DNA of 64,000 nt from Schmidtea polychroa (Eukaryota): assembly GCA_044892525.1 (NCBI GenBank), contig CM097886.1:183074312-183138311 (forward strand). The letters are read 5' to 3'. The notes below the pieces were generated by a model that saw nothing but the letters and a program-made list of their open reading frames with translations, was not told where the DNA came from and did not search any database. The stretch's first letter is position 1; each line of letters begins with the position of its first letter. This document shows, in pieces, positions 34,201 through 49,200 of the stretch. The position numbers were made by a program, and so were the translations under genes.

Positions 34201-37200
34201 GTCGATCAGTGGTGCTGTCATGATGGAAGCATATCTACTACTTATAGCAGCCTTTATTCATTGGCAACAGGTGTAATCATTGTAGATCCTGATCCTGAAC
34301 CAATTAAAATATGGATCGCGTCTGTGTGCGCGTTGATTACACCTAACCGCGAAAGTTAACATTGTCTATAATATAAGTTGGTGTGCACACCACCTGAGGT
34401 GAGTCACCAATTATATGACAATGTTAACTTAATTTCATTTATTCAATTTTCCAAAAATCGTTTAAAGGTAAGTTTTTGCATTGAAGTAATTTTTAGGACT
34501 TGATTTTGATTTTATATAATTATGAGATCATTATTCAAGTTCTTAAATATTACTGTTAGTCAGCATTTATAATATTGATAATATATAACATTGATAATTA
34601 AATTTCAGGTGTTTTTTTAGGAATTTTATCGTATTTTATTTGGATTTATTTGGATTTATTTCGTAAAAATGTAAGTTAGATATTTTTATAATTATAAATA
34701 TGTAAAGTAATCACTAAACATTTATTTTTTAAAGACATTTAGTAAAGAATGGATAAAATATTTTTTAAGTTTTTGTAATCTTCTTTCGAATTTTGTCTAT
34801 TTCTGTAATTCTATGATTTAATTTATTAAAATTTACGATTTGCAATGTTTTTCCTGCAAATTCAAAGATGTCGAAGGATCTTCTTCAATATCTGTAAATC
34901 TAAAGAAATTTTATATTCTAAATTATTTTATAATTAAATCTTACGATGTATTTACTTCTTTTTCCCTAAAGCTCAACGTAGAGCAGTCGGAATCTGATTC
35001 AAAAGTTTTTTTGTACATAATTTTTTAAATAATTTTAAAATATTGATATGTTAATTATATGTTAATCAATCTGAATTTCGCATGAAAAACACTTTACTTA
35101 ATTTTGTATGTATTTTTCATTATGTGTGCTGTGTTTGTATGCTTAATTATTTTCTCTCACTTTTTAGATTCCTATAATAAATATGTTAAATTTCGCGGCA
35201 TTAAATTTCTACACACAGGTAAGTTTGTGTGTTCCTATAATATATATTTATTGATTTTTTTTTTAGATTATAGATAATGTTATATTTCGCGGTTAGGTGT
35301 ATTTGTTGGGATTGCTTGTTGAGTGCGCACACAGACACGAGGCAATGTTTGTGTGTTGGTGCTGGCTATTTATTATTTGTGGGTTCTGGAAGGACATTAT
35401 TATTGGTTGTTTGGATGAACTAATTGGATCGCTTTTGAATATTGATATTTTGTTTGGTTCATAAAACTTGCTAATGGTTAGGGCTAATAAATCAGGAATG
35501 TGCAAAGGTGGATTTGCCGGAGGTGATGCTTCATGAGCTGTGGTGCTCTCAATTGCTGGGCGCATTCTAGACATGGAGGTTTGACAGATTATTTGATGGC
35601 AATACGAACAGGACGATATTACAGGTTTATAACCACAGCGCAAAGGAGAATTTGTTCGAGATATTAAAGAACAAATGTGTTTCATTGCTCTTGTTGTTGA
35701 GCAAGCAATGCAGGCTGCTGCTTTATCATCGCTTCCTGATGAGTTATGAACTACCAGATGATCAATTTATAACCATTGGAAATGAAATATTGAGATGTCC
35801 AGAAGCTTTGTTACATCCATCGTTCTTGTGAATGGATATTGTTGGTATTCAGGAGGCAACTTATGACAGCATTACATTTTCTGCAGGACTAAAAAGATAT
35901 GATTTGATCCTTCCGTAATGCTTCTAGATCAGGGGTGCCCACTAATTTTTCTAGGAGAGCTACATTCACATCCAAAATGTGTATGCGATCTACTTTTTTA
36001 ATACTTACATAATATTTACCTACAATGCAATAAATTCATCACAATAAAACAAATATATGTCAAAATATGGAAAATTAAAGTATATAACTATTTATTATAA
36101 AAAAATGTAACTTAGGAAATCAAATTTAATGAAAATTATTTTTATATAGAACTTTTCGATGTTGATGCTCTACATTGGGTTGAATCCACTAGATTTTTGT
36201 AGTTTGGGATATAAGTGCTAAGACAACTTCTTAGGCTGGATTCCAAATGGTCATCTGTTAATGTTGCTCGGTACTTTGACTTTATAATTTTCAGATTGTG
36301 AAAAAGCAGAATCACATAAATAAGTTGAACCAAAACATGATACTAAATTTTCGAAGCATTTTTTCAAGTTTGAATATTTATCCTCTGATAGATATTTCCA
36401 TACATTTGCTTCGGAAGATCTTGATTTAATGAAGATATCATTTTGAAGTGTGATTATTTCCATTTCAAGTATAGGGATATCCATTTTAAACAAAGTTGAA
36501 ATTGAATCTGCAACAATTTCTGGTTTTATTTTTGGATTAAACGGAAAGGACATAAATGCAGCCACAATTTCAAGTTTCTTGGAGTCTTGAAAACGTCTCT
36601 CGAACTCTAAAACCAAAATTTTGATCTGTTTCGCATATCTCGTAATATTAAAGTTGACATTTTCAGATTCTTTTAATTGTGACAACATATTTGGAAAATA
36701 ACTTAAATTTTTGTCTTCTATTTTGGTAATAAGTAAATGAAGCTTCTGTATAAATGCATTGATTGAACTTATCATATCGAATATCAATTTATCCTTACCT
36801 TGTAAATCGAGATTTAATTCATTCAGAATTGCAGTAATATCTACTAAAAATGCCAAATCCAAGAGCCAAACATCATCTTCCAATTGCTTGAACTCATCAC
36901 CTCTTGCGGCAAGGAACAACTTAATCTCAGAAAGCAAATCTCTAAATCTTTGTAAGAATTTTCCTCTACTTAGCCATCTTACATCTGAAGGCATCAGTAA
37001 TTCAGTAGGACCTTCGCTATTACTTTCTTCAATTTGTAATTTGAAAAGTCGTCTCTGAAGACTTCTTGCACGAATCGAGTTAGCAATTTTGAATGTTATT
37101 TCCATAATATCTCTCATATTCAGAATTTTAGCACACAAGGCTTGTTGATGAATAATACAGTGGTAGGAAAGAAAATCTGGGAATTCACAATCATTCCTAC

Positions 37201-40200
37201 AATATGCTATAAATCCGTTGTGACGCCCTGTCATAGCTGGTGCGCCATCTGTTGTTATCGATACAAGCTTACAAATTTGGAGCTGAATGCTGTTGGCATA
37301 AGCTATAAAATTCTGAAATATATCCTCACCTCGAGTTTTACTTTTGAGTGGTATAATTGTTAATAATTCTTCCTTCGTAGAAAAATCTTTAAAGACCATT
37401 CGAATAAAAATTATAAGCTGCGAAATATCAGCCGCATCAGTTGATTCGTCTGCTTGCAATGAAAATGCGGTACAATTTCCTATGTCTAACATTAACTGAT
37501 TTTTTAAATTGGAACTTATTTCTTGGACTCTCCGTGTAACTGTATTACGGGACAATTGCATATCAGTAATAGCAGAAATTATATCTGATTTATTTTTAAA
37601 ATCACAAAATAATGATTCTGCCGCTTCTAAAAATGCTTCTTTTACAATTACTCCATCACTAAAAGATTTCTTATTTTTTGCCAGAATGTAGCTTACCGGA
37701 AAGATGCAGCTGTAGCTGACTTTGATTTGGATGTTAACTTCGTAAAAAATGACTGTTGAAAAGAAATGCATGTTTTCAGTTCCATGATTTTAGACTTGCG
37801 TAGTTCACTGTCAAGTGGATAATCAACTGCAAAAGTCTTATGAATTGTCTTGAAATGCCTTTCCAAATTCCCTCTTTTTGGTAATGAAATAGTAGCTTTA
37901 CAAATTAAGCAACAACATTTACCTTTAATCATTACAAAAAAGTACTCCTTCTCCATTTCTTCGCTATAATGATAAGTCTTGGCTTTTTAATTTAGCATTT
38001 TTAAACAAAATTAATTTAACAAAAAAGCTTAAGAAAATTTTTCACTTTGTTACACCAACCAAAATTAAATTTAACTAAATAAACAAAATTAAATTAAACA
38101 AAATTAAACTAAATAACATTTTGGAAATAGTGAAATCAAAATTAAAAAATGTTATTTAGTATTACCATAGAAATGGAACACAGAACATGAAAATTGGCAA
38201 AAAATTTAAGCATAAAATAGAAATTTTATATAAAATCTAAATTTATATAAAAAATATTTTTATGAAGATCTACTAAAAAATCCTTCGCGATCTACCGGTA
38301 GATCGCGATCGACCTTATGGGCACCCCTGTTCTAGATGTTCCCGTGGCATTGTAACCAATGACCAAATAATAACCAAATCAAACATTTCATTTGGCACTC
38401 AAAATAATTATTTCACAGAAATTATTTCTATTTTCTTTAACAAATTAATTAAAAGTTTTAGTTTGATAAAGTTTCACATCAATACAAGTATTAATATCGA
38501 AATAATAAAAGCAGATCGATTGCATATTAATTTAAATTAAATCAATTAATTAATTAATCAATTAACTAATAAATAATTTACCATTTTCATTTCCGGAATA
38601 TCGATTAATATTCTGTAAATAATAGAAATATAAAATTCAAATCAAATAAATTGTGACATTTCCTCACCTCAACAGATCTCACAACATCGGCACCCCGGTT
38701 CACCAGTTGAGCACAAACATTTACCATCCCTCGAATAACTGCACAGTGTAGGCCAGTCAACCCCATTTATATCTCACATAATTATTCAATCAATAAACAA
38801 CAAATCTCACAAATCCAGCATGATCAATATCAATTGATCGATCTATCAAATATTCACAATTGTCCTCCAATCCACTCGCAATCGCCTCATGCAATGGAGT
38901 TTGTGAATACTAAATAATGCCAATATATCAATATCAATATTGAATACTCTATTGAATTACTTTGTTTTGTGTATTGGTATCGATCTCAAATTGCTGCAAT
39001 ACATTGATGCATTTCCTATGATGCAGCGAATGGGCCAAGGCCAATGCAGTCCCCATTGTCTACAAATATATTGATTTGATCATTTCAATAAACACATACT
39101 TCATTATTTGCATTGATATCTACAATGTCCTGATTATCTAGTATAAATTTGGTCATATCGGCATCATTATCAGATATTGCTGTGTGTAATATGGTGAAAT
39201 TGACCTTGATAATAAATAAAATTAATTATTGATTTTGCATTATTCTGATGCACCTTTTGTCGTGATTCCATCAGAATCATTCGTTCTTGTATTTCTTCTT
39301 GTATTTCCACGAATCCTTTTTCCTTTGCTTTGTCAATGGCCTTGATCCATAACTGAATGATGAAATCAATGCTGATTTAATCAATTTCATCTCAAATTAG
39401 TTAATAATAATAATAATAATAATAACAATAATAACAAAAAACAGGTAAATGATAAGGTAAGCATTTGCTGCAAAATCTTTATTAAGTGAGAAAATTATTT
39501 ATATAAAATAATTCAATTCGATCTTTCATAATTTTGCTTCAATGTTGAAATGCTTGCATGATTTCCTTTTAAAATTCATTTCTGATTTTTATTTGTTCAA
39601 AAATTGATTAATTAAAATTACTGAAATGTAAAGCATAAAATATTTACGTGTTGACATATTTGAAAATATGTCCTACCAGTCAACTCAGGAAATGATTCAC
39701 TATAAATAGCGCTTAAAAGATTTCAAATATCTCAACTGGTTCTACTGTAACTGATGTAAGCGCTTAGGAACACTAATCCCCTAGCCATGGGATATATTAG
39801 TCGCTATCATATTATTAATATATTATTATCATATCAGACTATTATCATATTATTAATTTTGATCCCAGAAATTATTTGTCGGAAACATTTTTAAAAACCT
39901 GTTTGTATGTATCCAATAGTAACAAATTATTACTATTATTATTATAAGAACTTATTTTAAAAATTTTACCACAGATTTCCATTGACATTATATTTATTTA
40001 AAAGCTTGACTATGAATCAGTAAATATATCGATATAATTGATATGCACGAATTTTCGACACCGCCTTTTTCAATTGAATTATTATTATTAATATGATTTG
40101 ACATAATGAAATAACAAAATTCATAAATGTATTTTATCACAATTTTTAATTATTTAAACAAATTTAATATTTTGGTAAATGGTTTTGTGTGATTAATGCT

Positions 40201-43200
40201 TTTCTAATCACAACAATTCACTCCTCCTAATTTGATTGCTCTGCTGGCTATAGACGATCAACTGATAAATTCTCTAATACATAGCTTGAAATATTTTGGC
40301 TGCTTTTCTAATAGACGAAACGGACCATTATATGGAGCTTCTAATGATTTCCGTACATCTTTTCTCATGTACACGAATTCACAATCCTTAATATATTTAT
40401 TGATCGTCATACAATCTTGCAATGGTCTTTCGATTATTCTGAAGCTCTCAATAATTTCTTTAAATTGATATGGAGAAGCTTCTATTTATGAATTAAAAAT
40501 AATTCCTGGTACAGCAAGATCACATTCAAATGCTTTTTGTGTCGGAGAATAACCTGCTGAATCCCGACTGTTCCTTATCGTTAACAGTACCTGAGGTAAA
40601 ACGTCAAACTTTTAATTTAATTTTATTCATTTTATTAATTTATTATTAATTTTATCCATTGAAGCCATTTCTTGAGATTTTAGTGTCTGATGGAATTCTG
40701 CAACTTTACAATTGGCTTGGGAATGATAAGCGCATGTTTGATTTGTATTTATTTCAAGAAAGTTGAACATATACTGGAATAAAGAGTTTGTAAATTGATC
40801 TGTTACAATTTCAGATGGGATTCCATATCGGGAAATCCCCACTTCAATTAGTGATTTTGCCACAGTTTCTGAATCTATATATTAAATGGCCAATACCTCA
40901 GGGTAATATGTTTAACTATCGATCATTGTTAGTAGATAGGACTTCTCGTTATTTGCTAGGAAGATTTGCAATTCTGCTTTGATATGACGATATACTTTTG
41001 ATTTTAAGCAGGAATCGCGTTGCTGACACAACATCTGGACATCCTTTGTCATCTTGTGTCATGTATATGAACTCAACATCAATATCTTGGCCATTCGTAT
41101 TTCTGGATGAGCGACATATTTGGGTATATAGACAGTACTGTGCGAATTAGTGTGAATATGAAATAATTTACATGTTTTATCATCTAGTTATACGACCATG
41201 TCAAAATTAGCTCCAGTTTAGTTTTACTGTTCTTATATTTGTTGTGTAATAACGTATTGGAGTTTACAGACGTGTTGTTATAGATAATTTAGTAAATTCT
41301 ATTGTGCTTCCTTTAATTTTTTACTAAGACTATCCAAACTATTCTAATCTTTGTTTCTTTCTTATTTTAAAAGATGAATGTTTCTCCCAAGAAGAGCACA
41401 AAAATTGTTACCTTAAGTGAACACATCAATGTATCAAAGAGATATTGCCAAAGAGTGTGGTGCGAGTTTAGGAGCTGTAATCAACATTTTAAAACAAAAG
41501 AAGGAATTTGAGACGGTTTAGGCGAATAGAAAAGGAAAATGTGGAAGGAAGAGGAAGACAATAATAGATGAATTTATAATAGGAGTAAGTAAATTGAATT
41601 CTAGAGAAAATAACCAGCAACTTCAGAAAGGCTTAGCACATGGTGGAGTTATTATTCCCGATTCCACAGCTTGACAATGGCTTATCAAAGTTAGAACAAG
41701 TCTAATAGACCTCAAAAAAAAAACAATTATTGAGCTTTGTTTAAAAAAGTGACAACGAAAACTTTACGACAGCTCATATCAATAGAATCATTAAACGCGA
41801 TAAGGACGATGTTTTGATCTGGTTATTGTATAAAGGTACCGGATCCCTTGTGTCGGTTGAAGGCATGATAAAGGCGCTTTGTTTAATTTGTAGAAATATC
41901 GTAGCTGTTTTTAAAGATTATAATTTAAAACGGCATTATTTTCAAAAATATGTTTCCACGTATGATGATTACGACGGAATGTATCGTAAAGATAAAGTAG
42001 CTGGACTTAAGGAAAATCTGTTTTCTCAACAAACATTTTTCAAGAGAATTGTCACTCAAAATTATTCTGTCGTAAAAGTCAGTTATGTGGTAACAAATAT
42101 AATTGCAAAGAAGTCGAAACCCTTCACAGATCGCAAATTTATTAAGTAATGTTTGGAAAGTCTAGCTGACATTATTTGTCCAGATAAAAAATCAGACATA
42201 TCAACAATCAGTTTATCGCAACTAACTATAGGAGGACGAATTAAAGATATTCAGGACACCTTTGTCCATTGTGAGGCGTTTTGTAATTTGTATTTAAATA
42301 ATGGTATGATGTTGTGCTTGTTTGATTGTATGCTGAAATCCTTACTTATACATTAATTATTATTTTTTAGAAACTCATAAAACAAATTAACGTTATAATT
42401 TGTTTTAATAATATTTGTGTTTTTATAATAAACGTGTTTTAGTTATGGATTCTATTAATACCCGTAGCTCTGTGGCTAATATGGCGACGACGATTGCAAA
42501 TTTTATCAAGCCACAAGAAACATATGACATGAATTCAGACGTGGAAGATTTTATCTTAGAAACGGAACGATTCTTCGAGATGACAAATATTGTCGATGAA
42601 TACAGAAGCAAATTCGTCAAAGCTTTTCTATCAATCAATTCAACGAAGAAATATGAGTTGACTAATGAAACTCTGCATTATACAGAAAGATTAAGAAACG
42701 CTTTTGCTAAGAACAGAAGTCTTATCGATGATCTCAACGAAGCGCTAAATTATCGTCAAGGAAATGAGGCTGCCGAAGAATTCTGCTCAAAAATTGAGAA
42801 ACTTGCAAAAAATATTTTGAAGCATAAACTTGATGAAGAAGAACTAAAGAAATTTTTGCTATTCAATTCGCTTGAAGATAAAGAAGTTAAAAAAGATCTC
42901 AAAATGCAAGATTTAAAATCATTTGATGAAATGAAAGAAAGATTAAAGAGACACGACCAAGTTTCAAAAGAAATTAATGTATTTCATGCTGATGTAGCTT
43001 CAATGAATAAAACACAACGCTATGCTGATGCTGTTAAGAAGAGCTTACCAAGATATAGTTATGATAACAGATCAATTCGAGAACGAGAAGCTAATCCCAG
43101 ATTCAAAGATGAATATAAAAGAGAACCTCAACATAATCCAAGATTCAAAGGCGATCTTACCAGAGAACATCGATATGCTATTTCAAATGAATGAAAACCT

Positions 43201-46200
43201 ATGAATAGAAGTAAGCCTTATAATACCAGGGAATTTCATTCGCGAGATCATGTCCAAACAAATCAAATTTTGCGATGTTGGGCGTGCCACGAAGAAGGTC
43301 ATAGAAGATCTGAATGCCCCAATATTCAATGTGCCCATTGTAAAAGATCTGGACATTTCAAACATCAGTGCCATGAGTTATTTCCAGGCAGACGTCGAAA
43401 ATTCCATAAATCAGTGGCTGCATTCGGTGACGAGGATTCAGAGGCTGATTTTGAGTACCCAAATGGGAATGCTCCACCACACGAGGAGGTGATCGGAGCA
43501 ATAAATTAAAGGTAATTAATGATATGAGTAAGGGTTGTATGATTTTGAATGATTGTGATAGGTTGAATGATTGTGATAGTTTGAATGATAACTGTTGTGA
43601 TGGTGTTTTTGATTATAGAAATTATATTAATATATACATTAATAAATTTTGTATGGATGAAGTTTTCAAAGACCCACCCCTAACTTCTAATGAACTAAAT
43701 GTTCTTAATCGTGATAAACGGAATGATATAATAGTATACGATAAAATGCAGGGAAGGCCCAGTGTTACCGTAATGATTAATAATGTAAAATTAGTATGCC
43801 TATTAGATACTGGAGCTAAAATAAGTGTGATTGATTATAATATTTTTAAAATACTTGGAAATTTGAATATGACTACAAGTAATCTGAAATTAAGATGTGC
43901 GAATTATAGCCCGATTGAAATTTGCGGTAAAACTTTATTAAATGTAAAAGTTGATAAAATTTCTGATATTAAAAAAGTAGAATTCGTTGTAGCCAAAGAT
44001 ATAAACCCAAAGTTGATAGGAGGTATAGATTTTCTCGAAAGATTTGGAATGCAATTGCAAATAGAAAACCGTACAGACGAAATAAATACAATTATGGAAA
44101 ATTCATTTAATAACCACATAAGTGAAGATAAGATTATAAATAATTTAATTTCCACGTTTGACGGTATTTTTATGAAACATAAATGGGATGTTGGAAAAAC
44201 CGAACTATTAAAGCATGAAATACTTACTAAAGGTTATAATAAACCCAAGACGACAACCTATACATTTAATAGAAAAAATTGAAGAAAATATTCAAGAAAT
44301 GTTGAAATATGGCATTATATATGAATGTACATCTCCTTGGAATTCTCCATTAGTATGTGTTAAAAAGAAAAACAGTAGTGATATAAGAATATGCTTGGAC
44401 TACCGTGCTTTAAATAATATAACCGAAAGACCTATTTTTCCCATTCCAAATACTGATGAATTATTAGATATTCTTGACGGAGCAAAGTTTTTCTCGACAA
44501 TTGATTTAGGCAATGCTTATAATCAAGAAGAACTCGATGATGCATCAAAATTGAAAACAGCATTTCCGACAAAAAGCAAGCAATATTACTTTAACAGAAT
44601 GCCATTTGGAATAGCAGCCGCACCAGCAACATTTCAAAGACTTCTCGTTTCCGCCAATGGAACATTAGTAAAAAGACTACACACATCAAACGAAACCATC
44701 ATTTCATCATCAGAACTTTTCTTCAGTGCAGCAATGAATGAAGCAAATTCAAAGCTATCCTTACATTCGAACTCAGACGCCATTAAAGGTTTTAATAACC
44801 CATCCAAAAATTTGGCAATTTTATATTGAGCGGTTCCTACCATCGATAACACTGGTCTCATAGACATACCTGCTTTATGTACTTTTGGAAGACCATAAAA
44901 CTGGTTTATATACAACGCCTGATAGTTTTTGTGAGTTTAAATATAAAAGGAATATGGTGAGAGGATTAGTGTTTCGTGCTTGGTCACTATCCTCCACGTT
45001 TGCTAATTCAGTAAAAAGTATTGATGTATTAGTTGAGTTGTTACTTAAAAATGGCTACTCTAAATCTTCTCTTGAGAAGATGACAAAAGTGACCGTGGAT
45101 AAGTTAATGTTTAAATCTGATAACGTTGGTATGTGTACGTCTGAATCTGAGGTACCTATTGATCCTGAGGAAAGAACTATGTTAAATTCGGAAAGTGACA
45201 AGAATCGATCCAATCGCATGGAGCAGAAATATGTGTTAGTATTGCCTTATTCGGAGGGTTTCAGAGAATTTAAACATAAAATTCTCAAATATGTAGACAA
45301 GGATCAATTAAGGATTGTTTCCACTTCTTGCAAAGTTAGCAGTATGTTTACTAGTAAATGTCCAACGCCAATTGGTTTGTGTTCTGAGCTTGTGTATCAA
45401 TTTTCATGTAATGGGTGTAATGCCATATACATTGGAGAGACTGCCCGTCATCTCTGCACCCGAGTTCTTGAACACTGTCGACCATAAGGATTGACTAATA
45501 TTAGTAATCATGTTAGGAAATGTGTCAGTAAAAAAATAGGTATCTCTGATTTTAAAATTATTTCAAAAGGTTTAAGTAATTATTGGGAACGAGTAACTTG
45601 TGAGTCATTGTTGATTAGATATTTAAATCCAAAAATAAATGATCAAGTTGCCCGTTCCACGGAGAATTTGAATGTGTTTAAGTAATTGAAGGATGAAGGT
45701 TGGGAGTCGTGTTTGTGGTATAATTATGTTTGTGTTTTGTAAACTATGTAATTTTTTTTAAATTTCTTAACTTTATGTTGAATGTTAAATGTTATTAAAT
45801 TAAAATTTAATTTTAAAATAATATGTATGTGGGGCTATGTAAAATATGGTTTGGTTTTTTAAAATATTGTTTTTGAAATATTTTTTTTAAAATTTTTGAT
45901 ACAGTTTGGAGATGATTATTATTAGTTAATTTGTTTAGATATTGCATATTTCATGTCTTATTATTGATTATCCAGATTGCGGCCTGACGAAGATTGTTGT
46001 ACAATTGAAATATATCGCGTTTATGTTGAATTTATTGAGTTGGCATTTCTGTATTATTAAATCATTGCCACGTTTTTTTGATTATTAATAATAATAATAA
46101 TATTAATTATTATTATCATAACAATCACTAAATGATGGCATCGATTTAAATATAAATAAAACGACAATCCAATATTAATAACTTTTTTTTAAAATTAAGA

Positions 46201-49200
46201 AATAATGAAATAACAAGTGATTATAAAGTAAAATTATTTATTGGTATATTTTGGATAGAAAAATAGAAATCGTTAATGAATTGCATAATTATATCTTTCT
46301 TGAATGTTGCTTTTTAAATTGCGTCTTTCAGAAGCTAGAGATATTCGTTTGAATGAGAATGCAAATGCCTTTATTGCTCTATTGATGCTAAATGTGCTAA
46401 TGTTCATTGGAATTATTTCATAAACTTGCGTTCGAATTGACTCTGATGTTATTGAAACATCCTCAAGAAAAAACCTCACGCAAATTCTTTTTCAGGCGTT
46501 AACAGTTTTCCTTCGTGGCTTTTCGTTGATTCAATCCTTCCACCTTTTTGTATACACGGATAACACTCGCAACTGTTTGGTAATTTATATTTAATTAGTT
46601 TGAAATTTCTTTTATGCTTTAGCTGGGATATATTTATCGTAAACAAATAGCTCATCGAATCTGACAGCTTCATACTTACAGAGATTTACATTCACCCTTA
46701 ATATTTTGATTTTGACATCATTATTGAAAAAAGAGAAATAATAATAATAATAATAATTTTAAATCAATAAATAATAATAAATTAATAAAATAACTTGTCA
46801 ATATATTATATAATTCAAATAAATCAATAATTATTCCATTTCCACAAAGTTTATGAAATATTTCAACATAAAATCGATCGCCTTCACTCAAATGCGAAAT
46901 TTAAAAAATTTAACAAATCGATCTGACGCTTCATAAAATATTTATTTAAAATTCATAAATAAACCAATCAAATATTTTCTCACCGATTTGTCGTAAACCG
47001 TTTTCTTCATGATCGATTCGACAAACAGATGATGGCCTTGATTGACAGCCAATTCCAGAAATGACAGCTCGCCCTAATCAATATCAATACAAATCCAAAT
47101 AATTATTTGACCTTACGATTCTGCGCTGCCCATTGATAGTGTGAGCAGAATTGAATCTCTTGAACCCGCTCATGTGCCCGTGAGTGATGCAGCGATAAAG
47201 GACGCACTGAAATTATTTATTTATTGATTTATTCAAATAATCAGCTCACTTCTTTCATTAAATTTGCATTTTTGTCCATTTGTGCTGTCAATAATTCCAT
47301 TGCATTATTGATTTCCTATTGATGAGAATATTAATTATATCAATCAATAAATCAATCAAACTTTATCATCAATTGGTTTGTCAAGGATTAATTTAATAAT
47401 CTTATCAGCATTGGACTCGATTGCTCCCTCCAGCACAGCCAATCCAGTCTAAATATCAATTATTAACCAATCAGAATATCACAAATTTACATAAATATTC
47501 TGCATTATGAAATCAGAAGATTTGAACAAATCACCAAATGCGATTGCATCATCCCGTTCAATGGCAGGAAATAACTGAAATATTTATTCAAATTGATTCA
47601 TAATGAAATAATTCACACTTTCTCCGCATGAGTCAATATTTCCACGCGATCAGCACATTTATATTGCTTTGCTATATCCAGCGGACTCTTTCCATCCTAA
47701 ATAAATAATCCAATCAAAATATCCGAATCAGCGAATCATTTAAACATCCCCATTCACAAACAGATCATTAAAGCACTGTGGCAATAAATGGTACTAAAAC
47801 CGACACTGCAAAACCGCGTGCAAAGTGTAAATACCCGTGAGATATCATGCTAAAGAAATAGTTGAGAAATGGCAAATCTGATCCGAATTACTAGCCAATG
47901 GAATTGCCGATTTGCATTTATTAATGAATTCTGTCAGTGGAGATCTCCAAATAAATGAAGTCGACATTTCAATATTGCTTCATTCATTTCAGACATTTAC
48001 TGCATAAAATTCTCCAGTGCAAGGAATAAATTGCCAGAAAAGCTGCTAGAAAAGCTTTTCATTCATTTTGAGGCGTAGCAGAAAATATTTCAAATAGCAA
48101 AAATTATTTCTGTTGAGAAGTGAAAAAGTGAATTAAAAATAAAATCGATAGCAAGGAAATAGCCAATTAAAATGCTGAATTTAATGTGAGAAGTAGAGAA
48201 ATGCAAATTTACAGGAAATATTTTACATACCAAAACGTAAACAATATTTGTGATGAACATCTGGCCTGCACAATCAATATTCAGTGGCCATTGTTCTGCT
48301 TGCATTGCAATTATTGGCCTGATCTGTTTCACGGTAATTTTGATACAAATGCTATGTAAATATATAATTATTATTTTTAGCTTTGTTTTTATCATTATCA
48401 TTAAATTATTTGTGAAATGTCCGAAATATTGGCAAATACAAATGAGAAACCCGATGAGTATTCTGGCAATGAAAGCGATGAACATTATGACAGTGAATAT
48501 ATCATACAATAGTGACAGCGACACTCCTGACAATGAAGGAGCTTCTTCCTCCTCAGAAAGCGAGAGTGAATATGAGAAATTTACAAAATAAAGGTGCGAA
48601 TGTTACAGTTGATGAGCAACTATTTCCAACCAAGCTCGATGCTTTATAAATCATGACTTTGTTCTCACAATTTAGAAAGGTAAACCGAACTAAAGTTATT
48701 TTTAAAGTTATTTCAAAACATAAATTCTCTTTCATTTTATAATAATATATCTGATCGAATGGCAAGGAAATGTAGCGTCAAATCTGGGCCTAGAATATGG
48801 CCGCTTCAAGTACCTTTCAATATGCTAGGCTTAGCTGCAATGAATGCCTCGATACCATATAAGGGAACTGCAGCAGATAACATATCAATATGCTAGGCCT
48901 AGCTGCAATGAATGCCTCGATACCATATAAGGGAACAGCAGCAGATAACATATCAATATGCTAGGCATAGCTGCAATGAATGCCTCGATACCATATAAGG
49001 GAACAGCAGCAGATAACATATCAATATGCTAGGCCTAGCTGCAATGAATGCCTCGATACCATATAAGGGAACTGCAGCAGATAACATATCAATATGCTAG
49101 GCCTAGCTGCAATGAATGCCTCGATACCATATAAGGGAACCGCAGCAGATAACATATCAATATGCTAGGCCTAGCTGCAATGAATGCCTCGATACCATAT

